Shown: positions 7,620 through 16,978, counted from the first letter of the stretch. The stretch: DNA of 63,953 nt from Minisyncoccota bacterium (GCA_028714275.1 JAQTMP010000001.1:1-63953), one strand, 5' to 3'. Numbers and translations: made by a program. The notes: generated by a model from the letters alone, not told the origin.

Positions 7620-8897
7620 CTAATACTCCCGCATGGAAATCTGAGCATCTATCTTTTTAACAAGATCGAGAACAACTGAAACCACGATCAAGAGCGCGGT
7701 ACCTCCTACAGCTAGAGATTTTGGCACGCCTGGCACAATCAAAGGCAGGATAACGGGCAAAACCGCGATGACACCGAGAAAGATGGCTCCGACAAGGGTA
7801 ATACGAGTAACTACTTTGGATAAATATTCTGAGGTAGGCTCACCTGGACGAATGCCGGGAATGAAAGCGCCGCCTCGTTGGAGATTGGTAGAAATCATGT
7901 GAGGGTCAAATGTGACAGCAGTATAGAAATACGTAAAGAGGAATACGAGCATAAAATAAGCACCGGCATAGACCCACTGGTTGGCTATGATATTCAAAAT
8001 CTGGGTTGAAATACCACTGATAGTGGCATTGCCGAGATGGCTCAAAAGATTGAAAATCATCTGAGGAAAAAGAAGGATAGAGAGGGCGAAGATGATAGGG
8101 ATCACTCCAGCTTGATTGAGGCGAAGAGGGAGGTAAGTAGAGATACCTCCATAAACCTTGTTGCCCCGAACCCGTTTTGAATAAGTGACAGGGAGTGGGC
8201 GCTCAGCTTCGGTCACGATTACTACTAGATAAATAACCACCAAGGTCATGATAAAGACACCAGTGTACATAGGGATCTGACTCTGGTCGAAGCTAAAGAG
8301 GGTTTGGTTGAGAGCTTGAGGAATCCGAGAGACGATACCTGAAAAGATAATCATCGAAACGCCGTTGCCAATGCCAAACTCTGTCATAAGCTCTCCAACC
8401 CACATGAGGAGAATAGAACCAGAGACGATAGTAATAACGTTGGTGATCAAAGAGATGCCTGACAAAGCTCCCACAACCCCCTGTCGCTCCAAGAGCACAA
8501 TAAAACCAAAAGCCTGGATGAAAGCTAGAGGGACGGTCAAAATACGTGAGTATTGACTAAATTTTTTGCGACCAAGCTCCCCCTCCTCTTGATACATAGC
8601 TTTGAGAGTTGGAGACATCATGGTCAAAAGCTGCATGATAATAGAAGCCGTGATATAAGGACCAACACCAAGCATCACAATAGAAAGGGTAGAAAGTCCT
8701 CCACCGGAAAAGACGTTGAGCAAACCAAAAAATTGGTTGCTATTAAAAAATATATTGAGCTTGGCAATATCTACACCTGGGATTGGCACTGCAGCAAGAA
8801 GACGAAAAACTACAAGTGAGCCAAGCATAAAAAGGACTCGGTTGCGCAAAGTCCGATCTTGGATGACCAACTTACATTTTTCGATAAAAGTATTCAT
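7620..8897 (-). CDS. secY: Preprotein translocase subunit SecY
   Basis: 425-aa polytopic membrane protein, follows rplO as in spc operons. Confidence 0.95.
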   Translation of the reverse strand: MNTFIEKCKLVIQDRTLRNRVLFMLGSLVVFRLLAAVPIPGVDIAKLNIFFNSNQFFGLLNVFSGGGLSTLSIVMLGVGPYITASIIMQLLTMMSPTLKAMYQEEGELGRKKFSQYSRILTVPLAFIQAFGFIVLLERQGVVGALSGISLITNVITIVSGSILLMWVGELMTEFGIGNGVSMIIFSGIVSRIPQALNQTLFSFDQSQIPMYTGVFIMTLVVIYLVVIVTEAERPLPVTYSKRVRGNKVYGGISTYLPLRLNQAGVIPIIFALSILLFPQMIFNLLSHLGNATISGISTQILNIIANQWVYAGAYFMLVFLFTYFYTAVTFDPHMISTNLQRGGAFIPGIRPGEPTSEYLSKVVTRITLVGAIFLGVIAVLPVILPLIVPGVPKSLAVGGTALLIVVSVVLDLVKKIDAQISMREY

Positions 8898-9340
8898 TAT
8901 TTTACTCCACCTCCCGCTTTCTCAATCTTGGCTTTAGCACTAGCGGAAACGGCACATGAAGTGACCACGATCTTTCGAGTCAGCTCACCCGTACCCAAAA
9001 TCTTAACTACTGGCTTTTTACCTTTGTAAAAAGTGACGAGTCCTGAAGCGACTAGAGTTGTAGGATTTACCTCCACCACACCAGCCTTGAGATGACGTTC
9101 GATAGCATCTAGGTTGACGACAACTGGCTTGTTTTGAATAGAAAGGTTTGAGTTGCGTCCTCGTCCACGCAATTTTGGAATCTTCTTGATAATATCACGA
9201 AGCTCTGGACGCTTTTTGCGACCCGCTCGAGCGTTCTGACCTTTGGTTCCTCGTCCAGATGTTTTACCCCGAGTACCTCCGCGACCTACTTGAGTACTTT
9301 TCTTATTTTTAAATCTTCGTTTTAGGTTGTGTGTCTGCAT
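8897..9340 (-). CDS. rplO: 50S ribosomal protein L15
   Basis: Gly/Arg/Lys-rich N-terminus GRGGTRGKTSGRGTKGQ. Synteny supports the call. Confidence 0.9.
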   Translation of the reverse strand: MQTHNLKRRFKNKKSTQVGRGGTRGKTSGRGTKGQNARAGRKKRPELRDIIKKIPKLRGRGRNSNLSIQNKPVVVNLDAIERHLKAGVVEVNPTTLVASGLVTFYKGKKPVVKILGTGELTRKIVVTSCAVSASAKAKIEKAGGGVK

Positions 9341-9349
9341 ATATTTGAA

Positions 9350-10045
9350 TTATTTTGTCGCTGTTGCCAAAGGGGCTGCGGTCGCTTTCGAAGTACGAAG
9401 CTTTAATTCTGAAAGCGCTTTTATGGTAGCCTGAGCAATGTTTAGCTGGTTTTTGCTTGGAGAAAGGAGCTTGGCCACAATGTCTTTGACTCCGGCAAGC
9501 TCAAGCACGATACGAATAGCTGATCCGGCCACGAGCCCTTTGCCTTTAGCCGGCATGATTTCAAGGCGAGCGCTTGAATATTTTGCAGAAACTTCATGAG
9601 GGATAGACATGTCTGATGTAGTTTTAATAGTGATCATGTGTTTCTTGGCATTTTTCAAAGCTTTTTCGATAGCCAAGGAAGTATCTCCTGCCTTGCCTGT
9701 ACCCACACCTACACGGCCTTTTTTGTCCCCAGCCACAATAGCGACACTAAAACTAAAGCGACGTCCTCCTGAAGCCACGCGAGTCACGCGGCGGATTTCA
9801 AGAATCTTCTGATCAAACTCGGGCTTGGCACGAGGCTCTCGTCGGGGGCCTCCACGACTGCCGCCTCGGCCGCCACGGTCTCCGCCACGATCACCCCCTC
9901 TTCCTGGGCCACCACTACGAAAACCCCCTCTTCCTAGGCCTGGAGTAGGATTGGCGGCTGCGGCAGCTGCAAAAGGAGCGGCTGCTGGTGCAGCTACTGT
10001 AGCTTCTGTGGGATTTGTATTTGTTTCTGTATCGGGAGTAGACAT
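9350..10045 (-). CDS. rpsE: 30S ribosomal protein S5 with Ala-rich and RGG-repeat N-terminal extension
   Basis: Core IRRVTRVASGGRRFSFSVAIVAGDKKGRVGVGTGKA. About 75 aa of low-complexity N-terminal extension. Confidence 0.9.
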   Translation of the reverse strand: MSTPDTETNTNPTEATVAAPAAAPFAAAAAANPTPGLGRGGFRSGGPGRGGDRGGDRGGRGGSRGGPRREPRAKPEFDQKILEIRRVTRVASGGRRFSFSVAIVAGDKKGRVGVGTGKAGDTSLAIEKALKNAKKHMITIKTTSDMSIPHEVSAKYSSARLEIMPAKGKGLVAGSAIRIVLELAGVKDIVAKLLSPSKNQLNIAQATIKALSELKLRTSKATAAPLATATK

Positions 10046-10078
10046 AGTATTTGTGGGTTTTAGTGTATAGAAAATGAG

Positions 10079-10426
10079 TTAAAAGACAAGTCCGCCTTCA
10101 CGAGCCCCTTCTGCAAGTGCTCGGACACGGCCGGTGTAAATAAAGCCGCCACGGTCAAACACAGCCAATTTCAAACCTTTCTCCGCGGCCGCTTTCGCTA
10201 CGGCAACGCCCACCATCTTGGCCTGCTCTGTTTTATTTTTACCCTTCATCGCCAAAGACGTAGCTGAAGCAAGAGTAGTCCCCGCATCATCGTTGATGAG
10301 CTGGGCGTAGATCGCTTTGTTTGATTTAAAGATGGCTAAGCGAGGACGCTCGGCAGTGCCTGCAACCTTGGCGCGAATGCGCTTGCGTCGTCTTTCTCGT
10401 TGCTGATGTTTGCTTTTGTTAATCAT
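10079..10426 (-). CDS. rplR: 50S ribosomal protein L18
   Basis: [20 protein letters not shown]...[25 protein letters not shown]. Confidence 0.9.
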   Translation of the reverse strand: MINKSKHQQRERRRKRIRAKVAGTAERPRLAIFKSNKAIYAQLINDDAGTTLASATSLAMKGKNKTEQAKMVGVAVAKAAAEKGLKLAVFDRGGFIYTGRVRALAEGAREGGLVF

Positions 10427-10449
10427 AAATATATTTTAAATTTTAGACT

Positions 10450-10983
10450 TTAGACAGATTTTTTGCCTTGCTTGCGGCGAATTACTTCACCCTCGTAACG
10501 AATACCTTTGCCTTTGTAGGGCTCTGGTTTTTTCCATGAGCGAATAGTAGCCGCAAACTCACCCACGGTCTCTTTGTCTGCACCAACAATAGTGATGACG
10601 CCTTTTTCTGAAGTAACTTTAAGCTCTTTTGGAATGGCCACTTTTACCGGGTGAGAAAAGCCAATAATAAGAGTGAGGTCTGCACCGGCAACTTCTGCAC
10701 GGTAACCAATACCCTCAATGATGAGTTTCTTTGTAAAAAGAGCCGTCACTCCTTCCATCATATTGATAAGGTGCGAAGCATAAGTCCCCCAAAGAGCCCG
10801 CGTAGCGATGTCGTTACGTTTTGGATTGAGAATGACGGTATTACCCTCTACTTTTACCTCTACAGAGTCACGAAAAGTTCGAGTCAGCTCGCCTTTTGGA
10901 CCTTTGATAGTCACTCGACCGCCATCCACAGTGACTGTAGTGTTTGCCGGGATTGTGATGATTTTTTTGCCGATTCGTGACAT
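10450..10983 (-). CDS. rplF: 50S ribosomal protein L6
   Basis: MSRIGKKIITIP...GIGYRA...PEPYKGKGIRY. Confidence 0.9.
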   Translation of the reverse strand: MSRIGKKIITIPANTTVTVDGGRVTIKGPKGELTRTFRDSVEVKVEGNTVILNPKRNDIATRALWGTYASHLINMMEGVTALFTKKLIIEGIGYRAEVAGADLTLIIGFSHPVKVAIPKELKVTSEKGVITIVGADKETVGEFAATIRSWKKPEPYKGKGIRYEGEVIRRKQGKKSV

Positions 10984-11011
10984 AAATTTTAATTAAATGA
11001 ATTTAGAATTT

Positions 11012-11401
11012 TTACCAAATTTTAAAGAGAGGCTCACCTCCGACTTTAGCTTTGCGAGCTTCGAGATCAGTCATGATTCCCTGGGGAGTAGTGATGATCA
11101 AGGCGCCAAAACCGTTTCGCACAGGCTTGATATCAGATACTTTGTAATAAATGCGTTTTGAAAACTTTGAAATCTGAGACACGCCTTGGATGCGGGATTT
11201 GCCATCCTCATAGACAAGGGCTGCCTCAAGCGCCTTATTGACCTTTTTGCCCTTTTTGCCAACAGCTTTAACAAAACCACGCTTTTCTAGAGTGTTGAGA
11301 ATTTGCTCACGCATTTTTGAATATGGAAAAGAAACAGTCTCCTTGCCTGAAACATTGGCATTCTTGAGTTTTGTGATTAATTCTGCGATTGAGTCTTTCA
11401 T
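11012..11401 (-). CDS. rpsH: 30S ribosomal protein S8
   Basis: Begins MKDSIAELITKLKNA and ends GGEPLFKIW. Synteny supports the call. Confidence 0.9.
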   Translation of the reverse strand: MKDSIAELITKLKNANVSGKETVSFPYSKMREQILNTLEKRGFVKAVGKKGKKVNKALEAALVYEDGKSRIQGVSQISKFSKRIYYKVSDIKPVRNGFGALIITTPQGIMTDLEARKAKVGGEPLFKIW

Positions 11402-11433
11402 TTATTTTTAGGTATTTTAAGGTTTTTCAGGAA

Positions 11434-11619
11434 TTACCAAGATGATTTTTTGATGCCCGGGATACGGCCTTCGTTGGCAGCTTCACGAAAACAAATACGG
11501 CAAAGCCCAAAATCACGCATAAAAGCGTTTTTTCGTGAGCATCGAAAACAACGTCGCACCACGCGAGACGCGAATTTTGGTGTTTTTAATGCCCTTACTC
11601 TAGTTGATGTTTTTGCCAT
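11434..11619 (-). CDS. rpsN: 30S ribosomal protein S14, zinc-binding short (type Z) form
   Basis: 61 aa with CFRC...CRIC pairs. Confidence 0.9.
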   Translation of the reverse strand: MAKTSTRVRALKTPKFASRVVRRCFRCSRKNAFMRDFGLCRICFREAANEGRIPGIKKSSW

Positions 11620-11711
11620 AATGTGTAAAAAAATAGCTCACTTGAGCGTTCGCTTATACTAGCAGGGACCCAATATAAAGTCAATAATTTCCCTCCCAAG
11701 TCCTATTAGGG

Positions 11712-11969
11712 TCAATATAGTTCGGAATGGGTCCCTATTGTGATAAATATGACCAGATCAGCCTCAATCATAAGAATGGCCCTATAATCCCCTGTTATAT
11801 TGATACTCCGGCAATCGGGAAACGCCCTATCCACAGAATGCTTGTTTAGGACTGGATCAAACTGGTTTTTGTGAAAAACCTCTAATCTTCGGTAAAACTG
11901 CGTTTTTATTTTGCTTGGAAGCTTCTTAAATTTCTTAGTAAAGTGTTTTTTGTATCTGATCTGCAGCAT
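11712..11969 (-). CDS. RelE/YafQ-family type II toxin (mRNA interferase), copy 1
   Basis: 85 aa ending IGTHSELY, with an upstream small antitoxin ORF. Paralogous to 26684-26941. Confidence 0.7.
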   Translation of the reverse strand: MLQIRYKKHFTKKFKKLPSKIKTQFYRRLEVFHKNQFDPVLNKHSVDRAFPDCRSINITGDYRAILMIEADLVIFITIGTHSELY

Positions 11970-11985
11970 TTCTTACAAATTTATT

Positions 11986-12264
11986 TTACAAACTCTTGAG
12001 ATAAGCTACAGCCTCATTGGTACTATTAAAGCTTGGGGATATATCTTTGCCTTCTTTGATATCCTTGATTTCACGAATAAGCATGGCTCGTGTCTGAGCG
12101 CTTATTTTCTGTTGTGAAACTAGGCCAATATCAAGCTGCCCATCAACAAAAGCCTTGGTAGCCAGCTTAAGCACAGAAGAAAATGGAATCCCCTCATTTT
12201 GGGCCTTTTTCATAGCTTTCTCCTTAAGTTTACTATTTATATTAAAAATTATTTGTGTGTTCAT
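11986..12264 (-). CDS. DinJ/RelB-like antitoxin, copy 1
   Basis: 92 aa. MNTQIIFNINSKLKEKAMKKAQNEGIPFSSVLKLATKAFV fits a ribbon-helix-helix antitoxin N-terminus. It lies 16 nt upstream of the toxin. Confidence 0.65.
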   Translation of the reverse strand: MNTQIIFNINSKLKEKAMKKAQNEGIPFSSVLKLATKAFVDGQLDIGLVSQQKISAQTRAMLIREIKDIKEGKDISPSFNSTNEAVAYLKSL

Positions 12265-12309
12265 TGGTTTTTTTGTTTGTCATACATTATCGTCTATTGA
12301 GACGTATAT

Positions 12310-12338
12310 ATCTTATATATATTACAGATATATGTCAA
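12310..12338 (-). promoter_or_regulatory. Candidate sigma70-like promoter of TA module 1 (TTGACA - 17 nt - TAAGAT) inside an imperfect AT-rich inverted repeat
   Basis: The minus strand reads TTGACATATATCTGTAATATATATAAGAT. The inverted repeat is GACATATATCT/AGATATATACGTC. Confidence 0.3.
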
Positions 12339-12605
12339 CAAAGCATTTTTCCTTACGAAACATCTAGGGTATACTTAGATTAATACGCCTTATGTAGCTA
12401 CTATGAGTAAAAAGAGTCTTTGGATATTTGGATACTTTGTTTCTTAATCTTTTCCTATACCCTATTTTTGGCATAATTTTCCTTGTTGCTGGTATTTTTT
12501 TGATTCGCTCGAGGTGATATTTATTCGAACATTCTCCCGGGTGCGCAGCCGAATAAAGTAATGCTGAGGTATTGAACTGTTAAGAAAACTTGACTAAATA
12601 ATAAT

Positions 12606-13079
12606 TTGATTGTATCTTTTGATTTAGAAAACCGTTCAACAAGCAAAAGGATACAAATTATGTCCAAAGCATTTATGAAACGTGGAAGTGAGCGTCAGGC
12701 TCTCCACGAAGAAGCACACAAAGATATTTACAGACTCGAGGAAACATCTGAAGAATGGGCGAAGAACGGGCACAAGGCCTGCGCCTATCTAGCCCAAATA
12801 ATTATTGCCTACCTCTTCGGTAAAAACATGTCTCACCTTTCTAGTACTAGACGTGAACGGTACGAGCTGGTGGCTGAGGAGCTTTTTCAAAAGGTAACCC
12901 TTCGCCGCTATGCAACCTTCGCCAGAGCTGAAGAAGAAGAAAAAGCAATGCTTGCAGAATTTGCACTTTGGCTGATCGAAAGTCAGGCATTGTGTCAGTT
13001 TCCGCATGATCTTGCACGCATTGAAATATGCGATCCTCAGACAATTTTTCGGGCGCCCTCGGCTATGTCTGAAGTATAA
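12606..13079 (+). CDS. Hypothetical protein (opposite strand to the ribosomal operon)
   Basis: 157-aa ORF; a more likely start is MSKAFMKRG at 12660. It is followed by a good terminator. No motif recognised. Confidence 0.5.
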   Translation: MIVSFDLENRSTSKRIQIMSKAFMKRGSERQALHEEAHKDIYRLEETSEEWAKNGHKACAYLAQIIIAYLFGKNMSHLSSTRRERYELVAEELFQKVTLRRYATFARAEEEEKAMLAEFALWLIESQALCQFPHDLARIEICDPQTIFRAPSAMSEV

Positions 13080-13135
13080 AACCCGCCACTCAACCCAGGA
13101 ACCCATCCTGCCAGTTGAGGGTGGGTTTTCTGTTT
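13078..13135 (+). terminator. Rho-independent terminator of the 12606-13079 gene
   Basis: Stem aaaacccgccactcaac / gttgagggtgggtttt, followed by a T-run. Confidence 0.55.
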
Positions 13136-13148
13136 AAACAGTTGCGCT

Positions 13149-13251
13149 AAATAAATAGTGGTTTTTGGAGACCCCGCAGCCAAAGCGTTGGCGAGGATAA
13201 AGAAAATTTCAGCAGAAATTTTCTGTGTCTCCAAAAACCACTATTTAGTTT
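13149..13251. repeat. Hairpin element family A, copy 2 (inverted relative to copy 1)
   Basis: Arms are 13149-13172 and 13227-13251 (1 mismatch). The core equals the reverse complement of the copy 1 core with 5 differences, 4 of which form two compensatory pairs. It ends 3 nt from the rplE stop. Confidence 0.85.
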
Positions 13252-13254
13252 GGG

Positions 13255-13800
13255 CTATTTTTTGAAAAGAAAACCCAACTTCTCCAACATCGCCCGAGTA
13301 AGTTTTTTATCCTTTGAAGTAGTTACGATAGTAACCGCAAAACCAAAGACATCTTTGAGCTCTTCATCTGAAGTTTCAGGAAAGACGGTGTGCTCTTTAA
13401 CCCCAATGGTAAAGTTGCCCATAGCGTCAATGGCTTCTGGCTTGAGGCCACGGAAGTCACGGGTACGAGGGAGAGCAATGTTTACAAGCTTATCAAGAAA
13501 GCTATACATACGGTCACCACGGAGAGTGACCTGATAGCCGACAGGATCGCCTTCTCGCACCTTGAAGGTAGCGATTGATTTTTTGGCGGCTTTCTCAGCC
13601 ACTTTCTGACCAGTGATCTTTGTAAGACGGTCGCCGATAAGTTTCTTCTTGTTGGCATCTTTGACCGAGCCAGTGGCCGAACCAATGACAACTTTGACGA
13701 GCTGAGGAGCTTCCATCTTGTTTTTAAAACCAAAATCTCCTTTCATTTCATCAAAAAGAGCTTTTTCTTTATCTTTTATAGTGTGTGATTGTGTTTTCAT
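13255..13800 (-). CDS. rplE: 50S ribosomal protein L5
   Basis: ATFKVREGDPVGYQVTLRGDRMYSFLDKLVNIALPRTRDFRG. Confidence 0.9.
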   Translation of the reverse strand: MKTQSHTIKDKEKALFDEMKGDFGFKNKMEAPQLVKVVIGSATGSVKDANKKKLIGDRLTKITGQKVAEKAAKKSIATFKVREGDPVGYQVTLRGDRMYSFLDKLVNIALPRTRDFRGLKPEAIDAMGNFTIGVKEHTVFPETSDEELKDVFGFAVTIVTTSKDKKLTRAMLEKLGFLFKK

Positions 13801-13805
13801 AAAAT

Positions 13806-14021
13806 TTATGCGAGCTTAACGTTTGAAACATGGATGGGAGCGGCATATTCAACCACCTGACCCTTGGCTCCGCTACGGGTTGGCTTTTTGTGGCGCTTAC
13901 GCATATTGATCCCTTCTACCACCACAGCTGATTCCTTGGGAATAGACTTGACCACCTTGCCTTTAGCACCTTTATCTTTGCCTGTGATGATGATGACTGA
14001 ATCTCCTTTTTTGATATTCAT
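13806..14021 (-). CDS. rplX: 50S ribosomal protein L24 (short form)
   Basis: [26 protein letters not shown] motif. Synteny supports the call. Confidence 0.85.
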   Translation of the reverse strand: MNIKKGDSVIIITGKDKGAKGKVVKSIPKESAVVVEGINMRKRHKKPTRSGAKGQVVEYAAPIHVSNVKLA

Positions 14022-14042
14022 AAATTTTTATTAGATTGAAAA

Positions 14043-14414
14043 CTAGACGACTTCTGGGGCAAGTGAAGCGATCTTCTGGTAGCCTTTCTCGGAAAGCTCG
14101 CGAGGAATTGGTCCGAAGATGCGACCGGCAATAGGCTCACCCTTGACCTTGTCCACAATAACCACTGCATTTTCATCAAAACGAATGTAGGAACCGTCTT
14201 TGCGACGAAAAGCCTTCTTTTGGCGAACAACTACAGCTTGTAAAACATCCTTTTTCTTGACTTGTTTGCGAGGCTCCGCTTTTTGGACTGAAAGGACAAC
14301 AAGCTCCCCAATCTCAGCGTAGCGCTTTTTGGAACTGCCAAGCACCTTAAAGATACGTCCGATCTTGGCGCCGGAGTTGTCTGCAATATTTACAATTGAT
14401 CGTGGCTGTATCAT
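14043..14414 (-). CDS. rplN: 50S ribosomal protein L14
   Basis: MIQPRSIVNIADNSGAK...IRFDENAVV. Confidence 0.95.
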   Translation of the reverse strand: MIQPRSIVNIADNSGAKIGRIFKVLGSSKKRYAEIGELVVLSVQKAEPRKQVKKKDVLQAVVVRQKKAFRRKDGSYIRFDENAVVIVDKVKGEPIAGRIFGPIPRELSEKGYQKIASLAPEVV

Positions 14415-14431
14415 GGTAGTTGGTTAATTTT

Positions 14432-14722
14432 TTATTTGATGACTGTAAAGCGCTTATCCTTTGAAATAGGAGCACATTCCTGAATATCTGCCTTGTCCCC
14501 GATTTTCTTGGTATTACCAGGATTGTGGGCTTTGTATTTCTTTGAGCGCTCTATGTATTTACCATACTTTGGCGCTTTTACAAAGCGGCTGATTCTCACC
14601 ACCACAGTATCTTTCATCTTGTCTGATGTGACCACACCTGAAAGCACGCGCTTTTTGCTCGCCTTTGCAGCGGTATCCGTATCAGTTGCGGTCTTTTTGA
14701 TTGTTGATTTTTTTTCAGGCAT
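14432..14722 (-). CDS. rpsQ: 30S ribosomal protein S17
   Basis: LSGVVTSDKMKDTVVV...KYKAHN. Synteny supports the call. Confidence 0.9.
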   Translation of the reverse strand: MPEKKSTIKKTATDTDTAAKASKKRVLSGVVTSDKMKDTVVVRISRFVKAPKYGKYIERSKKYKAHNPGNTKKIGDKADIQECAPISKDKRFTVIK

Positions 14723-14757
14723 GGTATTTTTTAAATTTTTATTAAAATTGACTTAAA

Positions 14758-14949
14758 TTATTTTTTGGAAGCTGAAGGGGTAGAAATTTCAGTCATGATG
14801 CGGGCAATATCACGGCGAAGCACACGGCCTTCGCGTACGTTTTTAGCTTTACTGCCGGCTACAGCAAATCTAAATTCGTTGAGCTTTGATTTCTTTTCCG
14901 TCAGCTCTTTGATTAAGTCTTTTTGATTTTTTCCTTTGTATTCAGACAT
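14758..14949 (-). CDS. rpmC: 50S ribosomal protein L29
   Basis: LNEFRFAVAGSKAKNVREGRVLRRDIARI. The start is taken at the internal ATG 14949 (MSEYKGK) to avoid overlapping rplP. Confidence 0.85.
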   Translation of the reverse strand: MSEYKGKNQKDLIKELTEKKSKLNEFRFAVAGSKAKNVREGRVLRRDIARIMTEISTPSASKK

Positions 14950-14968
14950 ATGTTTGGTTGGATGCGGA

Positions 14969-15400
14969 TTAGTAGAGAGTATGGGCACGGCTAATAATCC
15001 TTGTTTTCACTGGAAGCTTGGTACCAGCCTTTCGGAGAGCTTCGCGGGCGACCGACTCCTCTACCCCGTCAATCTCAAAAAGAACATGCCCTGGCTTTAC
15101 CTGAAAACAATAGCCCTGGGGATCTCCTTTGCCGTGACCCATGCCTACTTCAGCGGCTTTTTGAGTGTAAGGACGATCTGTAAAGACTCGAATCCAAATA
15201 CGGCCAGTTTTTGAAGCTGAGCGGGAAAGGACTTTTCGAGCTGATTCCAGCTGATTGGAACGAACACGGGAAGCGGTTGTGGCTTTGAGACCAAAAGCTC
15301 CGAAGGCCAAAGTGATGCCGCGAGAAGCGACTCCTACTTTTTTAGGATTCTTGCGGGCGGTGTGCCATTTTCGATGTTTTACTTTTCGTGGGACGAGCAT
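14969..15400 (-). CDS. rplP: 50S ribosomal protein L16
   Basis: MLVPRKVKHRKWH...TQKAAEVGMGHGKGDP. Confidence 0.95.
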   Translation of the reverse strand: MLVPRKVKHRKWHTARKNPKKVGVASRGITLAFGAFGLKATTASRVRSNQLESARKVLSRSASKTGRIWIRVFTDRPYTQKAAEVGMGHGKGDPQGYCFQVKPGHVLFEIDGVEESVAREALRKAGTKLPVKTRIISRAHTLY

Positions 15401-15427
15401 AGTAGTTTTTTTATTGAATAAAAAGGT

Positions 15428-16135
15428 TTATTTTAAATCCTTCTCAAAAATTTCACCTTTGTAAATCCAGACCTTGATGCCAATATTTCCGTACGGCAAA
15501 TGCGCCTCATATCGTTTGAAATCGATATCAGCACGCAAGGTTTGGAGAGGAATACGACCTTTCTTAAGCTCTTCTTTTCGGGACATATCGGCACCCCCGA
15601 GACGGCCTGAAAGCAAGATCTTAATACCCTGAACTTCACGACTAGCCATTGATTTTTCTACCATCTGCTTCATGACACGGCGGAAAGGCATACGTTTTTC
15701 AAGGCCTTCTGCTACCATTTGAGCCACAATAGCTGAGCTGGCTTCTGGATTTTTGACTTCTTCGATGTCTAGCTTGAGCTCTTGTTTCTTTTCTTGAGCC
15801 CCTTTTTTGAGGGAGCCTGGTATTTTGGCAGAATTGGCGGAGATTTTTTCTAGATACTTTTCAATGTCTGCACGAAGCTTGGCAGCCCCCTCGCCTGACC
15901 GGCCAATAATCATACCTGGGCGTGAAGTCTTGAGAACAATGCGTAGAGCTTTGGCACTGCGCTCCATTTCAATATCAGAGACGTAGCTGCCACGGAGTTT
16001 CTTCTCAAGCCATTCGCGAAGAAGCATATCCTCTTTCAAATATTCTCGATACTGTGCGTTTACCCCAAACCAGCGTGATCTCCAATCGCGAATGATACCA
16101 AGTCTATGAGCATAAGGGTGAACGGTGTGTGACAT
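15428..16135 (-). CDS. rpsC: 30S ribosomal protein S3
   Basis: HTVHPYAHRLGIIRDWRSRWF...GRLGGADMSR. Confidence 0.95.
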   Translation of the reverse strand: MSHTVHPYAHRLGIIRDWRSRWFGVNAQYREYLKEDMLLREWLEKKLRGSYVSDIEMERSAKALRIVLKTSRPGMIIGRSGEGAAKLRADIEKYLEKISANSAKIPGSLKKGAQEKKQELKLDIEEVKNPEASSAIVAQMVAEGLEKRMPFRRVMKQMVEKSMASREVQGIKILLSGRLGGADMSRKEELKKGRIPLQTLRADIDFKRYEAHLPYGNIGIKVWIYKGEIFEKDLK

Positions 16136-16139
16136 ATAT

Positions 16140-16517
16140 TTATTTTTTCGTTGAAGTTACTTTCTTTTTAGCAGGCTTTTCTATCGCCTTTTTGGCTACA
16201 TCCAAAATAATCGAAACATGGCTTGAACGCTTGTTGATCCGTGAAGCTGACCCGCGAGCACGAGGCATAATGCGTTTTAGCACGACGCCTTTGTTGACCT
16301 GTACTTCTTTGACCATCAAGTCCTCAACCTCTAACTGAAAATTGGCCTTAGCATTGGCAATAGCACTGTTTAGAAGCTTCAAAACCGGCTCAGCTGCGCG
16401 TTTTTCCACAAAAGCTAGAGCCTTGAGGGCATCACTGGCTTTTTTTCCACGAATGACATCCGCCACAAGACGGACTTTTCGAGGTGATTGGCGATAGTTT
16501 TGTAAGGCAGCTTTCAT
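16140..16517 (-). CDS. rplV: 50S ribosomal protein L22
   Basis: YRQSPRKVRLVADVIRGK...RIMPRARGSASRINKRSSH. Confidence 0.95.
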   Translation of the reverse strand: MKAALQNYRQSPRKVRLVADVIRGKKASDALKALAFVEKRAAEPVLKLLNSAIANAKANFQLEVEDLMVKEVQVNKGVVLKRIMPRARGSASRINKRSSHVSIILDVAKKAIEKPAKKKVTSTKK

Positions 16518-16552
16518 GGGATTTTTATATTTTATTCAGATTTATCCAAAGA

Positions 16553-16897
16553 TTATTTTTTGGCTGGCTCTGTGGTAGCTTTTGCGGCTTTAGCAGCTGA
16601 GATTTCAGCTTCTTTTTTAGCGGCTTCCTGTTCTTTCTGCATCTTTCCTCCGTGTCGCAAGAATTTTTTGCTTGGAGAAAATTCACCCAAACGATGGCCC
16701 ACCATTTCTTCGGTCACGAGGACCTCTAGATGCTGCTTGCCATTGTGGACACCAAAAATGAAACCGACCATCTCGGGAGCGATCTGACTGCGTCGGGCCC
16801 ATGTACGAATAACCCCCGTTTCTACAGGTTTTTTACCCTCAATTTTCTTGAGGAGTTTTTCATCGACATATGGTCCTTTTTTAAGTGATCGGGTCAT
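16553..16897 (-). CDS. rpsS: 30S ribosomal protein S19 (with Lys/Ala-rich C-terminal tail)
   Basis: [12 protein letters not shown]...[23 protein letters not shown]. Confidence 0.95.
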   Translation of the reverse strand: MTRSLKKGPYVDEKLLKKIEGKKPVETGVIRTWARRSQIAPEMVGFIFGVHNGKQHLEVLVTEEMVGHRLGEFSPSKKFLRHGGKMQKEQEAAKKEAEISAAKAAKATTEPAKK

Positions 16898-16978
16898 TTT
16901 TTAACGGTTGTGTAAATAAAAAGCTCAAAATGAGCTAGTTGGTTCATACTAGCAAAACTATCATTAAAGTCAATAAAC

